From: Nitrospirota bacterium
Lineage (GTDB): Bacteria; Nitrospirota; UBA9217
Direction of reading: 5' to 3'
NCBI GenBank assembly: GCA_963790205.1
Contig: CAWBNQ010000008.1
Coordinates: forward strand, 32,001 to 96,000
Length of the DNA: 64,000 nucleotides
Shown in pieces: positions 62,067 to 64,000 of the stretch (position 1 is the stretch's first letter; each line of letters starts with the position of its first letter). Under the pieces are notes generated by a model, which saw only the letters and a list, made by a program, of their open reading frames with translations, ran no database searches and was not told where the DNA came from. The position numbers and the translations under genes were made by a program.

Positions 62067-62187
62067 ATCCCCCGCCAACGCAGGAGAATCGACCTTACTC
62101 GTTTTTGGGAAACATAAAATTATCACAGACGGCGCGAAAATGCAAGCGTTTTTCTATAAAAGTAAAAGCACTTCATTGGGTTTGTCA

Positions 62188-62353
62188 CCTGACCCGACTA
62201 GCCGGAACCAAAACAAAACTTAAAAGGCGTCTCTCGCAAAGCCCGCAAAGGGAACCTTGAGTCAAAATCTTTTTTTGGTTTTAAACCAAAAACAAGAAGT
62301 AGCCTAAGATTTTCTTGGCGTCCTTTGCGAGCTTTGCGAGAAATATTCCTGCC
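62188..62353 (-). repeat. Dispersed palindromic element family B, copy 2
   Basis: Reverse complement aligns along its length with 47470-47651. Confidence 0.85.
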
Positions 62354-62382
62354 ATTTTGAGTAGAATTTGGTTTGTGCCTTA

Positions 62383-63579
62383 CTAAAGCCATAACCGGGC
62401 GAGCCCGACAACGAAAACCAGGAACACCGGCAGGACCATGAGCCGGTACGTTCCCGCCAGGTCCGCCTTGAAGTACCGCACCGTCAGGATCAGGCAGAGG
62501 TGAGTGGGGGAGAGCATGACGCCGGCAAAGCCGCTGGCAAAGGCGAAGGTCACGGCCCCGGTATCCGGAGTTCCTCCCATCATGGCCGTGATGATCGGGA
62601 AGGTCGCCCCCACCACTCCGACCGTGAGGCCCGTCAGGAGGCCGACGAGGAAGGGAAGGACGAACAGGACCGCAGTGGTCGGTATGCCGGTCTGCCTGAA
62701 GAAGGCCGGCAGGGCCAGGATAGCGCCGGTGGCGTCGAGCATGCCCTTGAATACCATGATGCCGACGACCATCAGCATGACGTTCAGGGACAGGCTTTCA
62801 CGGAGCGTGGTCAGAACATCGTTTGCGGAATACCGGTAGAACAAAAACATGACGCCCACGACGGACAGCATTGCCAGCGCAAGGGGCATTTTGAACACTA
62901 CCACGAGGACGATCGACAGGGTGATCGGCAGGAGGGTCGCAAAAAGGGCTTTGAACTGTTCCCGGTTCCTCATGCCCGCGACGCGGCCCGTCTTGACTCC
63001 CCGGAACCCCAGGAGCGCGCCTACTCCCACGACCGCGAGCGGCAGGGGAAGTTGAGAGAGGAGGAACGTGTTCATCGGCAGCCTGGTCACGGCCGCGGCG
63101 AGCACGACGCCGGGGTAGAGCGGCGAGATGTACTCCCAGATGTGCCGGAACCAGTAGTTGATGAAGGCCTTGCGCTCGGGCCCCATCTCGGCGTCGGCGG
63201 CCGCTTCCTGCACCATGGGCGCCGAGAAGGCCGCCCCGCCGGCCGAGGGCAAAAGCCCGATCACGCCGGGCAGCACGGCCATGGCGATGCGCCGGTCCCG
63301 GGCCACGTTCACGACGGCTTCCATCATCCGCTTTAACAGGCCGCGTTTTCTGATGATGTTCTCAAGCACCATGATCAGCACCAGCCCGGCCACGAGGTTG
63401 ATCGTGATCGGGTCGAGGCTCGATGCGACGAGGACCCGCAGCTGCCCGGCTGGTCCGATCCGGTACAGCGACCCGAGGAAGAGGGCGGCAAGGAGCATCA
63501 CGAGCCCGAAGTTCCAGCGGAGCCGCAGCAGGACCACGATAAGGGCGAAGGCGGCGCCGATCCTGGCGAGGTCCGTCAC
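62383..63579 (-). CDS. DUF401 family membrane protein
   Basis: GLLPSAGGA.FSAP, NYWFRHIWE, SPTHLC; GTG start overlaps the upstream TGA. Confidence 0.88.
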   Translation of the reverse strand: MTDLARIGAAFALIVVLLRLRWNFGLVMLLAALFLGSLYRIGPAGQLRVLVASSLDPITINLVAGLVLIMVLENIIRKRGLLKRMMEAVVNVARDRRIAMAVLPGVIGLLPSAGGAAFSAPMVQEAAADAEMGPERKAFINYWFRHIWEYISPLYPGVVLAAAVTRLPMNTFLLSQLPLPLAVVGVGALLGFRGVKTGRVAGMRNREQFKALFATLLPITLSIVLVVVFKMPLALAMLSVVGVMFLFYRYSANDVLTTLRESLSLNVMLMVVGIMVFKGMLDATGAILALPAFFRQTGIPTTAVLFVLPFLVGLLTGLTVGVVGATFPIITAMMGGTPDTGAVTFAFASGFAGVMLSPTHLCLILTVRYFKADLAGTYRLMVLPVFLVFVVGLARLWL

Positions 63580-64000
63580 CGGATGTAGCCCTCGCCAAGG
63601 TAGAATATCACCGCGGCGCGAATGGAATAGCGCTCCATGTTCCAATCATCGGGGAGCGGCTGGAACGGGGCTGAAGCGCGGATCGAGCGCAGGGCCTCGT
63701 CATCCAGAATTTTATACCCCGACGATTTCAGGACCTCGAGCCCCCCGAGGGAACCGTCCTTCATAATGTCGAACTTTATGAAAAGCGTTCCCTGGTACCC
63801 GGATATGGCGGCGAGCTCGGGATATTTAAGCACGCTTTCGACCTTGATCTTGAGCCAGCGGTTGTAGGAGATGAACTTGAACTCATCCGTATCGAGCGTG
63901 ACCGAGTCATCGCCGGGTTTCTTCTCGGGCATGCCCTTGCGGGCGAGCTCGTCAATATCATTCTGCGAGAGGAAGGGGAGCGGTCCGGCCTGCTTCTGCG
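63576..64000 (-). CDS. TonB family energy transducer, C-terminal part (5' end outside window)
   Basis: YPE.A, G...IKFDIMKDG, SSGYKILDDEA, APFQPLP. Confidence 0.85.
   Translation of the reverse strand, partial: QKQAGPLPFLSQNDIDELARKGMPEKKPGDDSVTLDTDEFKFISYNRWLKIKVESVLKYPELAAISGYQGTLFIKFDIMKDGSLGGLEVLKSSGYKILDDEALRSIRASAPFQPLPDDWNMERYSIRAAVIFYLGEGYIR

Overview
A GC-rich bacterial chromosomal window that is mostly core genome. Gene content and order suggest an anaerobic Nitrospirota/Desulfobacterota-like organism (inference). Left to right: degQ, a PIN/TRAM gene, yebC-ruvCAB-queH-spoIID, argS-tgt-yajC-secDF, a sigma54 two-component pair flanked by copper-type genes, fba, apbE-arsC, an SMS-type (SufCB-like minimal) Fe-S pair, fabF, glycogen genes (DUF4912, GH57, glgP), c-di-GMP enzymes, an ECF sigma/anti-sigma/Spy locus, a decayed type I hsdR and rpsF-ssb-rpsR-DUF2232. 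No rRNA, tRNA, CRISPR array or intact transposase was seen. The best finding, missed by the ORF track, is a HesB/A-type-carrier-like selenoprotein (in-frame UGA plus SECIS-like hairpin) just upstream of smsCB. Also notable: a 4x59-bp hairpin tandem array upstream of the ECF promoter; two dispersed structured elements of about 170-270 bp, each in two copies, one at the hsdR breakpoint; many 7- and 9-nt-periodic palindromes at gene junctions; a low-GC in-frame patch inside argS; a sigma54-driven small Cys/Trp-rich protein; several probable leaderless genes; and an S6:S18 leader RNA. Four single-base frameshifts (yebC, tgt, two in an NmrA-like gene) are probably consensus errors.
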